Source: Escherichia phage EPFV3-03/2025. Taken from it: a stretch of 64,000 bases of DNA. The stretch lies in sequence record PV435126.1; one strand, 5' to 3'. Below, piece by piece: positions 47,058 through 56,088 of the stretch; the stretch's first letter is position 1, and each line of letters begins with the position of its first letter. The notes below the pieces were generated by a model. That model did not search any database. It was given only the letters and a program-made list of their open reading frames with translations, and was not told where the DNA came from. Position numbers and translations under genes: made by a program.

Positions 47058-47389
47058 TACCGCACCTCCTCAATAACTTCCACATCTGAACCTACCACAA
47101 ATGCAAAAGGGCAGGTTTCATGAAAGACATCCGGATCGCCGCCAAGCTTGCTAACTATTTCTCCACCACTAATAAACACAAGCTCACCGATATTCATCAG
47201 ATTGCTGAAATAGTATCCATAATGATTAAAGAATGCAGCAGGGTCAGGCAGACTAGTAGCCTCAAGCTCTACATCGGTTGAGATTACTTTCTTATCATAC
47301 CCTCTGGCCTTTTGAGATGCAAGATCTGCAGAATCCTCAGGCGACCGGAGATGCACAGGAATTGTTTCACCAATAAAGCGTACTTTCAT
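47057..47389 (-). CDS. hypothetical protein (about 110 aa)
   Basis: Start moved to internal ATG (MKVRFIGE); C-terminus VGSDVEVIEEVR. Confidence 0.45.
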   Translation of the reverse strand: MKVRFIGETIPVHLRSPEDSADLASQKARGYDKKVISTDVELEATSLPDPAAFFNHYGYYFSNLMNIGELVFISGGEIVSKLGGDPDVFHETCPFAFVVGSDVEVIEEVR

Positions 47390-47393
47390 ATTC

Positions 47394-47657
47394 TCACCCA
47401 ACAACCATAGCTTCAAAAGGGGTCATAAACGAATAAACAGCATTATCATCTGCTTCAGGAAATGCCCCCAAAGACTTCATGTCTGAGCCCTTGACAAATA
47501 CAAGGTTCTGATCAAAAGCTTCTTGTGGATCAATCCGATACATATTTCGTAGGGTATCACTTACCTCATCATCAAGAGGCGAGTATGCTGTGCACGTTTT
47601 TCCAATCAAGCTTTGAGAATCAGGGTATCCACCTGAAGTTTTAAAATAAACAATCAT
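47394..47657 (-). CDS. hypothetical protein (87 aa), GxDLxxAGA-like family
   Basis: VFVKGSDMKSLGAFPE resembles the shared motif of family at 49271/49515/53168. Confidence 0.45.
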   Translation of the reverse strand: MIVYFKTSGGYPDSQSLIGKTCTAYSPLDDEVSDTLRNMYRIDPQEAFDQNLVFVKGSDMKSLGAFPEADDNAVYSFMTPFEAMVVG

Positions 47658-47745
47658 ACAGTATCACCTCTGGTAAGAGATGGGGATTCCTTTCCCACAA
47701 ATAATTACAAACCTTTCTTGTCGAGGAAGTATGGCTAACCCAAGA

Positions 47746-48015
47746 TTACTCCTCTACAACCTCATACACATCCGGAGTTACAATCAACTCTTCTCCGTTG
47801 CCTGGAGCAACAAACACTACCAAACCTTCCGGTGTGTGCTTTTTAGCCATCTCGATGACATCTTCTCGCAGAGCTGGCTCCATCAAATCAAAACCTTCAC
47901 CCAGAGCATCACGAACCACCTTCATGTAGTCCACTGGTTGTGCTTCAACGATCATGCCTTCAACCAGTCCGCAGTTTTTGTCTGCCAGCTCAGTTTTGAA
48001 TAATTTAATTTTCAT
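47746..48015 (-). CDS. hypothetical protein (89 aa)
   Basis: N-terminus MKIKLFKT and C-terminus YEVVEE as in neighbouring small ORFs. Confidence 0.5.
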   Translation of the reverse strand: MKIKLFKTELADKNCGLVEGMIVEAQPVDYMKVVRDALGEGFDLMEPALREDVIEMAKKHTPEGLVVFVAPGNGEELIVTPDVYEVVEE

Positions 48016-48152
48016 TTAGAGGTCTCCTCAATTATTTGATATTAATAGCCGTAACCTAACACATTAACTACAACTGCGATTGCAAACATAATTTCAAAGC
48101 ATGCAATCTCTACATTTGGGACTAATTTCTTAATCATACCCATTGTAGCACC

Positions 48153-48470
48153 TCAATCCCAAAAGTCAATCTTTACTTTACCTTTTCCCTTACCTTTCTT
48201 TCCACCGCATTTAGCCAACTGGCGTGCTGCAACATCCACCATACGGTCAGTTGCCTCGTAAGCATCGCTACCTTTAGCTTTGGCGATAACTTCTTTCCCA
48301 GAATTGTCAAAAATAAAAGCCATAACTTCCTGGTGATCATTTTCAACTTTTACACTCACACGTGCATAGTTGGCAGATGGGTGCAAACGCTCCAGTTTGG
48401 ACATTTTGTGGGAAATGAAAGACACCATACCTTCAGTGATCTCTACGTTGCCAGTGATTTCAATCTGCAT
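48153..48470 (-). CDS. hpf: ribosome hibernation promoting factor (HPF/YfiA-family) homologue (105 aa)
   Basis: MQIEITGNVEITEGM..KLERL...VSVKVEN and GSDAYEATDRMVDVAARQLAK align along the length with E. coli HPF (MQLNITGNNVEITEAL...VVLKVEK...GQDMYAAIDGLIDKLARQLTK), recalled from memory. Confidence 0.75.
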   Translation of the reverse strand: MQIEITGNVEITEGMVSFISHKMSKLERLHPSANYARVSVKVENDHQEVMAFIFDNSGKEVIAKAKGSDAYEATDRMVDVAARQLAKCGGKKGKGKGKVKIDFWD

Positions 48471-48551
48471 AACGTGCTCCTTTTAAAGAAGAGGGAACCA
48501 AACCCTCTTTGAAAATAATGATACTAAAGATCAAATGTTGTGTCAACAGTT

Positions 48552-48842
48552 TTACAGCTTGTCGTCGATAGTTTTTAAAATATCTACTGCAAGATCTGCC
48601 ATTTTACGAACATACTCTGCAAACTCAACAGGATCCTTGATCAATGAGTTCACAGGGTCGTACCCTAGAGCGTTCAAAATGGCTGCAGCATCTACAACCT
48701 TCTCATCATTTGCGAAGATCTCTCCGTCAAACTTGTAGGTCCATTTTGAGTCAATCTTGGCAGGGAAGGATTGGTCAACGCTTGTTACACCATCCTTTTT
48801 AAACGCTCCGGGGTTATCAGTGTCCAGAACTAAATCCATCAT
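48552..48842 (-). CDS. hypothetical protein (96 aa)
   Basis: ORF in co-oriented array. Confidence 0.45.
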   Translation of the reverse strand: MMDLVLDTDNPGAFKKDGVTSVDQSFPAKIDSKWTYKFDGEIFANDEKVVDAAAILNALGYDPVNSLIKDPVEFAEYVRKMADLAVDILKTIDDKL

Positions 48843-48859
48843 GTTAGTACCTCACTGTT

Positions 48860-49258
48860 TCAGTTTAGCTTTTCTTCAACAACCCCATAACTTGGGGCAG
48901 AGTCAAGAGCTTTCTGGTTTAAAAGTGGCGTAGCAGAATCTGCAAACGGTGTCCAAGTTTTTGTTCTGGCATTCCAGTAATGCTTCACTCTAGAATCTGG
49001 ATGCACTATAACAAAAACTTTTTCACTTGTCAACACATTAATTTCTTCCACACCCTTGCTGATAATTTCTCCGTCATATCCTCCGGTCTGGTATCCTTCG
49101 TACCAGGTTCTTGCATAGGCATAGCCAGCCTGCCAGCATGCAGCCTCCTCCGAGGTGGAGACTACGTAGAAGTCTTTCTCAAATTCTGGGATACGCCCTT
49201 GCTTTACGCTCCAAGCTCCGCGAATTTTCATTGTAACTTTGAACAGTTTGTTTTTCAC
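48860..49258 (-). CDS. hypothetical protein (132 aa), paralogue of 46662..47057
   Basis: VIVHPDSRVKHYWNARTKTWTP parallels VMRHPHSNIAYYWDVLNNEWTP. Confidence 0.5.
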   Translation of the reverse strand: MKNKLFKVTMKIRGAWSVKQGRIPEFEKDFYVVSTSEEAACWQAGYAYARTWYEGYQTGGYDGEIISKGVEEINVLTSEKVFVIVHPDSRVKHYWNARTKTWTPFADSATPLLNQKALDSAPSYGVVEEKLN

Positions 49259-49270
49259 AACGGTTACCTA

Positions 49271-49525
49271 TTACAGCTCTACAATATCTGCATCTGACCC
49301 TGCCCCAAAGGCATAATAGGACTCTTTCCCGAAATAATATTCAGGTGCACCAGCGGCGATCAGGTCTGATCCTAAGATAAACACCACGTTGTGGCCTACA
49401 TAACTATGATGTTGCCGCACAGGATCATCCCACGGTAACCCTTCAAAGTATACCGCAGGAACGACCTTTCCCTTCAGGAAGGATTGTCCCAAGTAGACGT
49501 TAGAATCAAGAATTTTAACCTTCAT
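49271..49525 (-). CDS. hypothetical protein (84 aa), GxDLxxAGA family
   Basis: MKVKILDSNVYLGQ...ILGSDLIAAGA...DIVEL. Confidence 0.5.
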   Translation of the reverse strand: MKVKILDSNVYLGQSFLKGKVVPAVYFEGLPWDDPVRQHHSYVGHNVVFILGSDLIAAGAPEYYFGKESYYAFGAGSDADIVEL

Positions 49526-49742
49526 GATCGTCCTCCACTATCTCTACATCCTCACCTAGGGCAAAGTTGTAGGTCCACTGACTGTCAAAGCAGTCCTGAG
49601 ATGCACCAGCGGCAATAAGATCTGCTCCTTTTATTTTTAAAAGGTCAGGGTAATCTTCGTTAGGGACAGCAGTAAACACTTTTCCTACTAAAGGCTCCTG
49701 ACCAATATAGAAGCTTGAATCTAAAACTTTAACTTTCATCAA
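49515..49742 (-). CDS. hypothetical protein (75 aa), GxDLxxAGA family
   Basis: MMKVKVLDSSFYIGQ...IKGADLIAAGA...EIVEDD; tandem to 49271..49525. Confidence 0.5.
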   Translation of the reverse strand: MMKVKVLDSSFYIGQEPLVGKVFTAVPNEDYPDLLKIKGADLIAAGASQDCFDSQWTYNFALGEDVEIVEDDHEG

Positions 49743-50026
49743 CGGTCTCCATCAGGTGGTTGTGGGACGTAAACACTGTTACGAATATCGTCCGCAGTAT
49801 AGTAATAAGTGTCTCCAACCCTATCTCTGGCTGCAATGTACTCTGCTATACCAATAAGTGCCATTGATTTGGTGGCGTATCTTCCCAACTCGTTAGCTCC
49901 CCAGTAGAATTTAGACCAATAGGGAATAAGACCGAACAAATATACCTTTTGACGAACTTCCCAGTAAGTGCCTTTCCCGACAAGTTTAAACTCGACTTCA
50001 CCACTGTTAATCTTTTTCATTATCAA
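49739..50026 (-). CDS. hypothetical protein (95 aa)
   Basis: ORF with ATGA overlap. Confidence 0.45.
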   Translation of the reverse strand: MIMKKINSGEVEFKLVGKGTYWEVRQKVYLFGLIPYWSKFYWGANELGRYATKSMALIGIAEYIAARDRVGDTYYYTADDIRNSVYVPQPPDGDR

Positions 50027-50319
50027 TCTCCCTCCACCGTGGTCGGATTGTCAGTAAGAAATTGAGCATTAGCTGGAGGCACACCTGACATTTTCCACAC
50101 AACCATAAGTTTGTAACCCGGAACCCTATTAAGTGCAGATCGAGTAGAGTTTGTGCACGTATACTTTCGCTTTCCAAACCCGTTCTCCATCATAATCCAG
50201 TACCCAGTATCTTTGTCACCAGGTATCGGTAGACCACCTTCATCAACCCACTGAATGGACCACGGCACGATGGCTACAGCTTTATATTTAAACTTTTTAA
50301 ACCACTCAAAAAGTTTCAT
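50023..50319 (-). CDS. hypothetical protein (98 aa)
   Basis: ORF with ATGA overlap. Confidence 0.45.
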   Translation of the reverse strand: MKLFEWFKKFKYKAVAIVPWSIQWVDEGGLPIPGDKDTGYWIMMENGFGKRKYTCTNSTRSALNRVPGYKLMVVWKMSGVPPANAQFLTDNPTTVEGD

Positions 50320-50414
50320 AATTCAGCCCCGCATAGACATAATCACTATAAACAGGCAAATAATAAATCCGAATGCCACGCCACCCATAAACGTTAATAT
50401 TGATGCAATCATAG

Positions 50415-50600
50415 TCAATCAGCCTCGCTTGGCAACTCTTCTACCTTAACATGCCGAAAAGTGTTACCGTAATGGTTGATCCATGACATCAGCTCGCTTT
50501 CTTGCTCTTCCTCTGGGATGAACTCTCGAATGCTGACAAGTTTTAAGAAAACCCAATCACAATCTGCACCCATTCTACCAGACAGGCAATAGTGCTTCAT
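50415..50600 (-). CDS. hypothetical protein (61 aa)
   Basis: ORF in co-oriented array. Confidence 0.35.
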   Translation of the reverse strand: MKHYCLSGRMGADCDWVFLKLVSIREFIPEEEQESELMSWINHYGNTFRHVKVEELPSEAD

Positions 50601-50618
50601 AAAACCCTCCCGCCTGGT

Positions 50619-50813
50619 TTAGAATATTGCTTCTTCCATTGCACCTGAGAGCAACAAAGAGGTGATCTGGCTAACATTCATCTCAGACTCTACTTCCTCC
50701 CCTTTGAAAGGTTCGCGGCAGAATAGGACTGTTTCAGGACTTTTACTTCGAACAATATAATACAAATCATTCAATGTGTTGTAGTAATAAGTGTTAAAAC
50801 GTAAGTTTTTCAT
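50619..50813 (-). CDS. hypothetical protein (64 aa)
   Basis: ORF in co-oriented array. Confidence 0.35.
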   Translation of the reverse strand: MKNLRFNTYYYNTLNDLYYIVRSKSPETVLFCREPFKGEEVESEMNVSQITSLLLSGAMEEAIF

Positions 50814-51097
50814 TTTCTAGTCCCCTTCTTAGATTTTTGTGTAGAAACGCTTTCTGCAATACGAGACAAACGTTCTTCTGAAGCCTTGCCTATTCCAGGT
50901 TTTTTGAGTGGATTATCTTTATGACCACAATCCAATTGGATATTGGATACCTCTCCAACCTTGTAAGTCAATTCTAGCAAAAGGTTGTCGTCCTTGTCAA
51001 ATGTTCTTACGATAAATTTTTTATCGTTCTCCTGAACTTCATATCTGGTACCTGCAGTATACAGCATGGTGCCATCAGCATAGGATATCCAGATCAT
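50810..51097 (-). CDS. hypothetical protein (95 aa)
   Basis: ORF with ATGA overlap at both ends. Confidence 0.45.
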   Translation of the reverse strand: MIWISYADGTMLYTAGTRYEVQENDKKFIVRTFDKDDNLLLELTYKVGEVSNIQLDCGHKDNPLKKPGIGKASEERLSRIAESVSTQKSKKGTRK

Positions 51098-51459
51098 TGA
51101 GCCTCCTTCTGCTGCAACAGCATTAACTCTTTGTTAGAGATCTTTACTGCTGTTTTTATTGTTCCGTCTTTACGGAACCACGACCAGAACTCTACAGTGT
51201 CCCCACTATCAAGCAAAGCATACCCGTGGTAGAAGTCTTTGTCCTTAGACAGTTTCTCATCTATGTCTGCATCGACACATTCGTGATCCATAGCATTTTG
51301 CCTGAATGCATCGGTTATGCCAATGCACGCCTTGCTCTCAAGACTGGTATATCCGGTATCTTTTAATTCGGTTTCCCAAACCCAGTATCCTGCAAAAGCT
51401 ACGACAGTTACCAGCCCCATAGCAGCTACCAACTTTAATACCGATTTAATCTTTGCCAT
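51094..51459 (-). CDS. hypothetical membrane-anchored or secreted protein (121 aa)
   Basis: N-terminal hydrophobic segment LKLVAAMGLVTVVAFAGYWVW. Confidence 0.45.
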   Translation of the reverse strand: MAKIKSVLKLVAAMGLVTVVAFAGYWVWETELKDTGYTSLESKACIGITDAFRQNAMDHECVDADIDEKLSKDKDFYHGYALLDSGDTVEFWSWFRKDGTIKTAVKISNKELMLLQQKEAQ

Positions 51460-51519
51460 TCTCTCTACCTCTTTCTTAACTTATTTAACTATGGCACATC
51501 CTTTGTGCCTCATTGCACA

Positions 51520-51981
51520 CTACTTAAACAACAATTCAAAATAGTGAAAAATTAACAGAAGTTGAATTACGCCCAGCACAACGGCAAGTATGTTAATCTT
51601 AGAATCAAAAAACTTCTTAACTTTTACTCTAAAAGGTTCCTTAATGTCCTTTACGATCCTATCTATAGATGACCTCATATCTCTGATTACCATCCTGAAC
51701 ATTAAAGACGGATGATCCTTCTCTGTAACGGAATCGAAAACATACTCTCTTTGATCATAAGGGCCGCCAGCTCTGCGTATTAACCTCTCCACAGAGACCT
51801 CGAACGTCACACCTGTAACGTAATCATCTATGACAAGTAGTGACGGGTCTTTACCATCAAGAGGCATCAAAGTTATCTTTCCAGATTTTGTTAAAATTTC
51901 TCCTTTTTCAAGTAAGGTGTACCAATGCTCTCTGCCAAGGCTGTTGAGGCACGTTTTTACATATTTAACAAACATCGTCAC
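51520..51981 (-). CDS. hypothetical protein with C-terminal hydrophobic helix (153 aa)
   Basis: C-terminal ILAVVLGVIQLLLIFHYF. Confidence 0.45.
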   Translation of the reverse strand: MTMFVKYVKTCLNSLGREHWYTLLEKGEILTKSGKITLMPLDGKDPSLLVIDDYVTGVTFEVSVERLIRRAGGPYDQREYVFDSVTEKDHPSLMFRMVIRDMRSSIDRIVKDIKEPFRVKVKKFFDSKINILAVVLGVIQLLLIFHYFELLFK

Positions 51982-52181
51982 CCCTCATCGCACGTCTGAT
52001 ATAACCACTCTATGAAATCTTGATACCATTCGCCCTCTGAGCGCTCCGTAGGCCAATAATCTTCACCCTCTCGTGCATTAAAATCTGAGTATTCAACTTT
52101 CCACTCCTTTACCAGCTCGTGGAGAAGGTTTTCAGCCTGCTCTAAAGATTTATTTTTTACCATTGCTGTCTCCTTTTTCAA
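51978..52181 (-). CDS. hypothetical protein (67 aa)
   Basis: ORF with ATGA overlap. Confidence 0.4.
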   Translation of the reverse strand: MKKETAMVKNKSLEQAENLLHELVKEWKVEYSDFNAREGEDYWPTERSEGEWYQDFIEWLYQTCDEG

Positions 52182-52382
52182 GATAGTTATACATCAGAAC
52201 TGCACCACCTAAGATGGCTACCAGTAACAATATCCCAGATAGCATCTCAATAAACATGGCTTGAAACACTGAAAGGTCTCCCTAAATTAACGCACCATTT
52301 TAAATACATGCTCTTTTCCCATAAAGGTGCCTGGCTAAGATCTGCGTAGAACGCAATCTCTTTAAGAACAGTATAGATAGTT

Positions 52383-52610
52383 TTAGGTGCGGTCTCCATC
52401 CCTACTCTCCTTCCGGATATTCTTGTAGTAATCGACTAGGCACATTATTACGATGAAGATAACAACAGGCCAAAAAGGTGCAGCAGTGATGATGGTGATA
52501 AAATCATCAAACTTCACCCTTCGTCTGGACACGATGCATATACCTGTCAAGAATACCGCTGTTATAACGGATATTACCAAGTAACCTATTAGCACAACAT
52601 TTATACTCAT
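52383..52610 (-). CDS. hypothetical membrane protein (75 aa)
   Basis: Two hydrophobic helices. Confidence 0.4.
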   Translation of the reverse strand: MSINVVLIGYLVISVITAVFLTGICIVSRRRVKFDDFITIITAAPFWPVVIFIVIMCLVDYYKNIRKESRDGDRT

Positions 52611-52640
52611 TAGCCCTCCCTTTGTAGGTTAAATTTTATA

Positions 52641-53171
52641 CTACAGATGGTTGCTTATGGTGTCAAGAAAATTATCCCGTTCTTTCTTGGAGTTTTCACG
52701 GGTGTAGCTGAAAAACATATCTAGAATAACCTTATTGATATATTCCAGCTCCTCTGTGTTCAGGTACTTAGCAGGATCTACAATGACATCCCAAGTCTCA
52801 TACAGACCGCACTCATGATAACCCCAACGCTGCTCAATTGTCAAGCTGAGCGGCAAATCTTTACCGTCACAAACAACCTTCCATCTACAAATGCTGGTAT
52901 CTGGGCACACCTGTGTACGGTATACCTGTACAAAATCCAATCTGAATTTGAGGTACTCGTCATACAATTTAAGCACAAAGCTCTCGATTTGTGGAGACAC
53001 TTTTGCAGCAAACTGTGCGTATTTATACTTGCACTGGATGATCTTTCTGCGTTTTGCAGTTAAATTTTTTGCAGCCAGTTGTTCTTCAGTGTATCTCCAC
53101 CGATCAACAAACGCAACAGGGTCTTTGTCCCCATAAAGGTCTTCCCAGTTAATCAGAAGCATACCTGTCAC
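52641..53171 (-). CDS. hypothetical protein (176 aa)
   Basis: ORF in co-oriented array. Confidence 0.5.
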   Translation of the reverse strand: MTGMLLINWEDLYGDKDPVAFVDRWRYTEEQLAAKNLTAKRRKIIQCKYKYAQFAAKVSPQIESFVLKLYDEYLKFRLDFVQVYRTQVCPDTSICRWKVVCDGKDLPLSLTIEQRWGYHECGLYETWDVIVDPAKYLNTEELEYINKVILDMFFSYTRENSKKERDNFLDTISNHL

Positions 53172-53401
53172 TCCTCCACAACTTCAAGACCTTTACCGCC
53201 TCGCTCTGGCAGATTACTTAAAGACAGGTAATACGTATAGTCAGGAGAGATCCTGCCAGACTCTGCACCTGCAGATAGTAAATCTTTTCCCTTAACCATG
53301 ACAACATTATCGTTTGCAGATAGTCGTTTTGCTTCCACAATTTTACCAACGCAGTCAACCAAGGAAGGGTACCCTAAATCTGTAAGAAATTTAACTTTCA
53401 T
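53168..53401 (-). CDS. hypothetical protein (77 aa), GxDLxxAGA family
   Basis: MKVKFLTDLGY...VKGKDLLSAGA...LEVVEE. Confidence 0.5.
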   Translation of the reverse strand: MKVKFLTDLGYPSLVDCVGKIVEAKRLSANDNVVMVKGKDLLSAGAESGRISPDYTYYLSLSNLPERGGKGLEVVEE

Positions 53402-53440
53402 GCTACCTCCTACTTCTACCGTCCCTGGTAAGATAAATTA

Positions 53441-53839
53441 TTACTGAACAAAGCGCGGAGCTGGGAAGGATAACTCTTCTAAAGAGAAGATTTCATTCCC
53501 CACAATCCATGTTGCAGGATCATCTGGGTTGACTGGATAGATAATCATCACCTCGTCAGTGTTACATACCCGCTTTTTACCTGTGGAGTCATCAGCAACC
53601 AGCATGCGCGGTTCTTCAGAAATGCACAAGTATCCTCCTCGGCCCACTGTTCCTTCCACAGGATCTTGTCCTTTGATCACGATGATTATCTTCTCTCCTG
53701 AGGCGATATTACCTTGCACACTCACCGTTTGACCAACCTTGGATGTGCCAATCTTAGTGACTTCGAACATTACATCCCGAATTACTGTTGCATAATCGCC
53801 AGACACTTTCTTACCTTCTTTAGTGATCTCAATCTTCAT
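53441..53839 (-). CDS. hypothetical protein (132 aa)
   Basis: ORF in co-oriented array. Confidence 0.5.
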   Translation of the reverse strand: MKIEITKEGKKVSGDYATVIRDVMFEVTKIGTSKVGQTVSVQGNIASGEKIIIVIKGQDPVEGTVGRGGYLCISEEPRMLVADDSTGKKRVCNTDEVMIIYPVNPDDPATWIVGNEIFSLEELSFPAPRFVQ

Positions 53840-54075
53840 ACACTGGGCTCCTTAAATGAATCTATGTAATCAATTAAATCCCAAGCATCCCTATGACCTG
53901 TCAGAGGGTATACTTCTCCAAGAGGGATCATAGCAATAAGTCTATCAAAAACCCAGTCTGGACGCAACATTTTATGATGATATTCCCACTCACCTTCTAC
54001 AGACTTTTTCTGAGTGATCAGAATCTCTGTGTAGTGTTTTGCCTGTCTTGAGTAGATTGAAAATGACTTGTACAT
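53836..54075 (-). CDS. hypothetical protein (79 aa)
   Basis: ORF with ATGA overlap. Confidence 0.4.
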   Translation of the reverse strand: MYKSFSIYSRQAKHYTEILITQKKSVEGEWEYHHKMLRPDWVFDRLIAMIPLGEVYPLTGHRDAWDLIDYIDSFKEPSV

Positions 54076-54112
54076 AGATGACCCCCCCTCTTGTTGAAAA
54101 CAAAATACACTA

Positions 54113-54397
54113 CTACCAGGTTACTGTCAAGTAGGCAACCGTGTTATTTTTCTCCGGAGAGATGCCAACAACATCCACCTGCAGACCTCCTGCCCTCAAA
54201 TCCCCAACGATGTGTGGGAAGTAGTCTGAGAGGTGCGATGGGAGATTTATCGAAAATCCGCATCCCAGAAAGCCTGCTAACGCTTTATTTTGTATCTCCC
54301 CTACAATCGCATCATAAATGGAGTTAAGCTCGTCAGGGAGCGTTACAGGGCGTTTTAGCGCTAACTGGTGCAACTTGTCCTTAGCACTCATTTTCAT
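54113..54397 (-). CDS. hypothetical protein (94 aa)
   Basis: Start moved to ATG 54397 giving ATGA overlap with methyltransferase stop. Confidence 0.45.
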   Translation of the reverse strand: MKMSAKDKLHQLALKRPVTLPDELNSIYDAIVGEIQNKALAGFLGCGFSINLPSHLSDYFPHIVGDLRAGGLQVDVVGISPEKNNTVAYLTVTW

Positions 54398-54927
54398 TTC
54401 AGGTCTACCTCTGGAGGTGCCAACCACATAAATGGCGGCAGGTCTAAACGGTTCTTCTTGTCCCACACAAAATATGCATATGCTTGCCCGTCAGTTCTGC
54501 CATTTGATTGGAATGATGGACGCTTAGATATTGTGATCACAGTGGTAGGTGCATTATCAAGCCACCATTCAAATCTGGCTTTGCTTTCCAGAAAATTAAG
54601 ACGCAAAAGCATAATAACTACGTCAGCATCTTTCAACGCCTTGTCTACAAACTCACGAGCCAGGCTGTACGGTGGGTTGGTGATAATACAGTCAACATGG
54701 TTGTATTCTGTATTCAGATAGTCAACACCTTCTTGGATTTCTCCCCATGCAGATCCTAACGGCATACGGGAGTAGAACACACCTGAGGCGCTATTTCTGC
54801 AAGGCTCTAGGTAGGTCCAGTCTTCTGGGAACGGAATAAGGTCATACAGCCCTTCTGCACACCACTCCGGTGTCACATACTCGTCGTAAGCGTTACGTTG
54901 TTCATCAGGTTTTCTAGCACAAGTCAT
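54394..54927 (-). CDS. putative DNA N6-adenine methyltransferase, phage Dam-like (177 aa)
   Basis: TPEW...LEPC...CIITNPPYS catalytic NPPY motif. Confidence 0.5.
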   Translation of the reverse strand: MTCARKPDEQRNAYDEYVTPEWCAEGLYDLIPFPEDWTYLEPCRNSASGVFYSRMPLGSAWGEIQEGVDYLNTEYNHVDCIITNPPYSLAREFVDKALKDADVVIMLLRLNFLESKARFEWWLDNAPTTVITISKRPSFQSNGRTDGQAYAYFVWDKKNRLDLPPFMWLAPPEVDLK

Positions 54928-54978
54928 GCAAATCTCCAGATCATAAAAGCCCTCCGAAGAGGGCTTTAGAATTAATGT

Positions 54979-56028
54979 TTAAGCTTCTTCGACAATTCCT
55001 GCACCCAGGATTTTTTCATTGAGCTCTTTTGCTGTTTTAATAATATTGTCCACCAGACGCTTGCGGGTCTTATCTTTAACCTGAACTTCTTCACCTCCGT
55101 TCAGGGTGGTTTTCAATTGGGACAAAATGTCCTGAAGCTCTACCACAGAGAATCGCTGCAGATCTTCCGAGGTAATCTCACCAAGTGCAATCTTAACGGT
55201 CTCACCGCTCTCCATCTGTAGATTCAGGAACACAGTGTGAACATCACCTTTCACACCATTTGCTTTTGCAGACTCAACAGCATGAACCAGCTCGTCCAGA
55301 GATGTGCATTGGTGAATCTCTGGCAGGCCTGCTTCACCTAGCACACCTTCTTCATCACTTTTTGCCAAAAGCTTTTTCGGTTTCTGTCCATTCTGAATGC
55401 GCTGAATGTTTTCATCGTCCAGAATGATAGCACCAGTTCGAGATGCCAGCTCTTCTCCATCTAACCACACTTCGCCACCAGCTGTGATGGATGCGATTTC
55501 ATCTTCTGTTAACACCCCACCGTAGTATTTTTCAATCAGGCGTTCAAAACGTTTCTTCCAGTAGTTGATCTGGGTATTCATGTTCACACCGTTACCATAG
55601 GTGCCACCTTGATAGTAGTGGAACATAAATTCTGTGTCCGGAGCTACAGTTCGTTCTTTGCAACCCAGCCATAAGATTGTTCCTGCCGAGCAGCACATCC
55701 CTTCAGCGTGTACAACAACGCTTGCCTGAGACTCGCGGAATGCCTGCAAATACGCCATAGCAATGTGAACGCAACCACCGGGGCTGTTAATGATTACACG
55801 GATACTTTCTTCTGGCTGTGCCATACGAATTGTTTGCAAACGGGACATATGATCCTGCAAATCTTCAAGATCGTCAATATAAAGAACGTGGTCAACAACA
55901 GGTGTTGGGTAGCTGTATGTTTCCATAATACCACCCGGCATACCAAACATTTTGTTACTCATAGGTTCGAAACCGTTCTGTTTTTCTTTCATGCCGTGTA
56001 CCATGGTGCTGCGAGGTGTTAAATTCAT
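54979..56028 (-). CDS. ClpP-family serine protease with C-terminal extension (349 aa)
   Basis: IRVIINSPGG, GMCCSAGTIL (Ser nucleophile) and FMFHYYQGG (His) parallel ClpP INSPGG / GQAASMGAFLL / VMIHQPLGG. Confidence 0.75.
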   Translation of the reverse strand: MNLTPRSTMVHGMKEKQNGFEPMSNKMFGMPGGIMETYSYPTPVVDHVLYIDDLEDLQDHMSRLQTIRMAQPEESIRVIINSPGGCVHIAMAYLQAFRESQASVVVHAEGMCCSAGTILWLGCKERTVAPDTEFMFHYYQGGTYGNGVNMNTQINYWKKRFERLIEKYYGGVLTEDEIASITAGGEVWLDGEELASRTGAIILDDENIQRIQNGQKPKKLLAKSDEEGVLGEAGLPEIHQCTSLDELVHAVESAKANGVKGDVHTVFLNLQMESGETVKIALGEITSEDLQRFSVVELQDILSQLKTTLNGGEEVQVKDKTRKRLVDNIIKTAKELNEKILGAGIVEEA

Positions 56029-56088
56029 GAGAAATCCTTAATATTGGAAGTTGAAAGCTATTTATTTAAACCTGATTCACATTTACCT

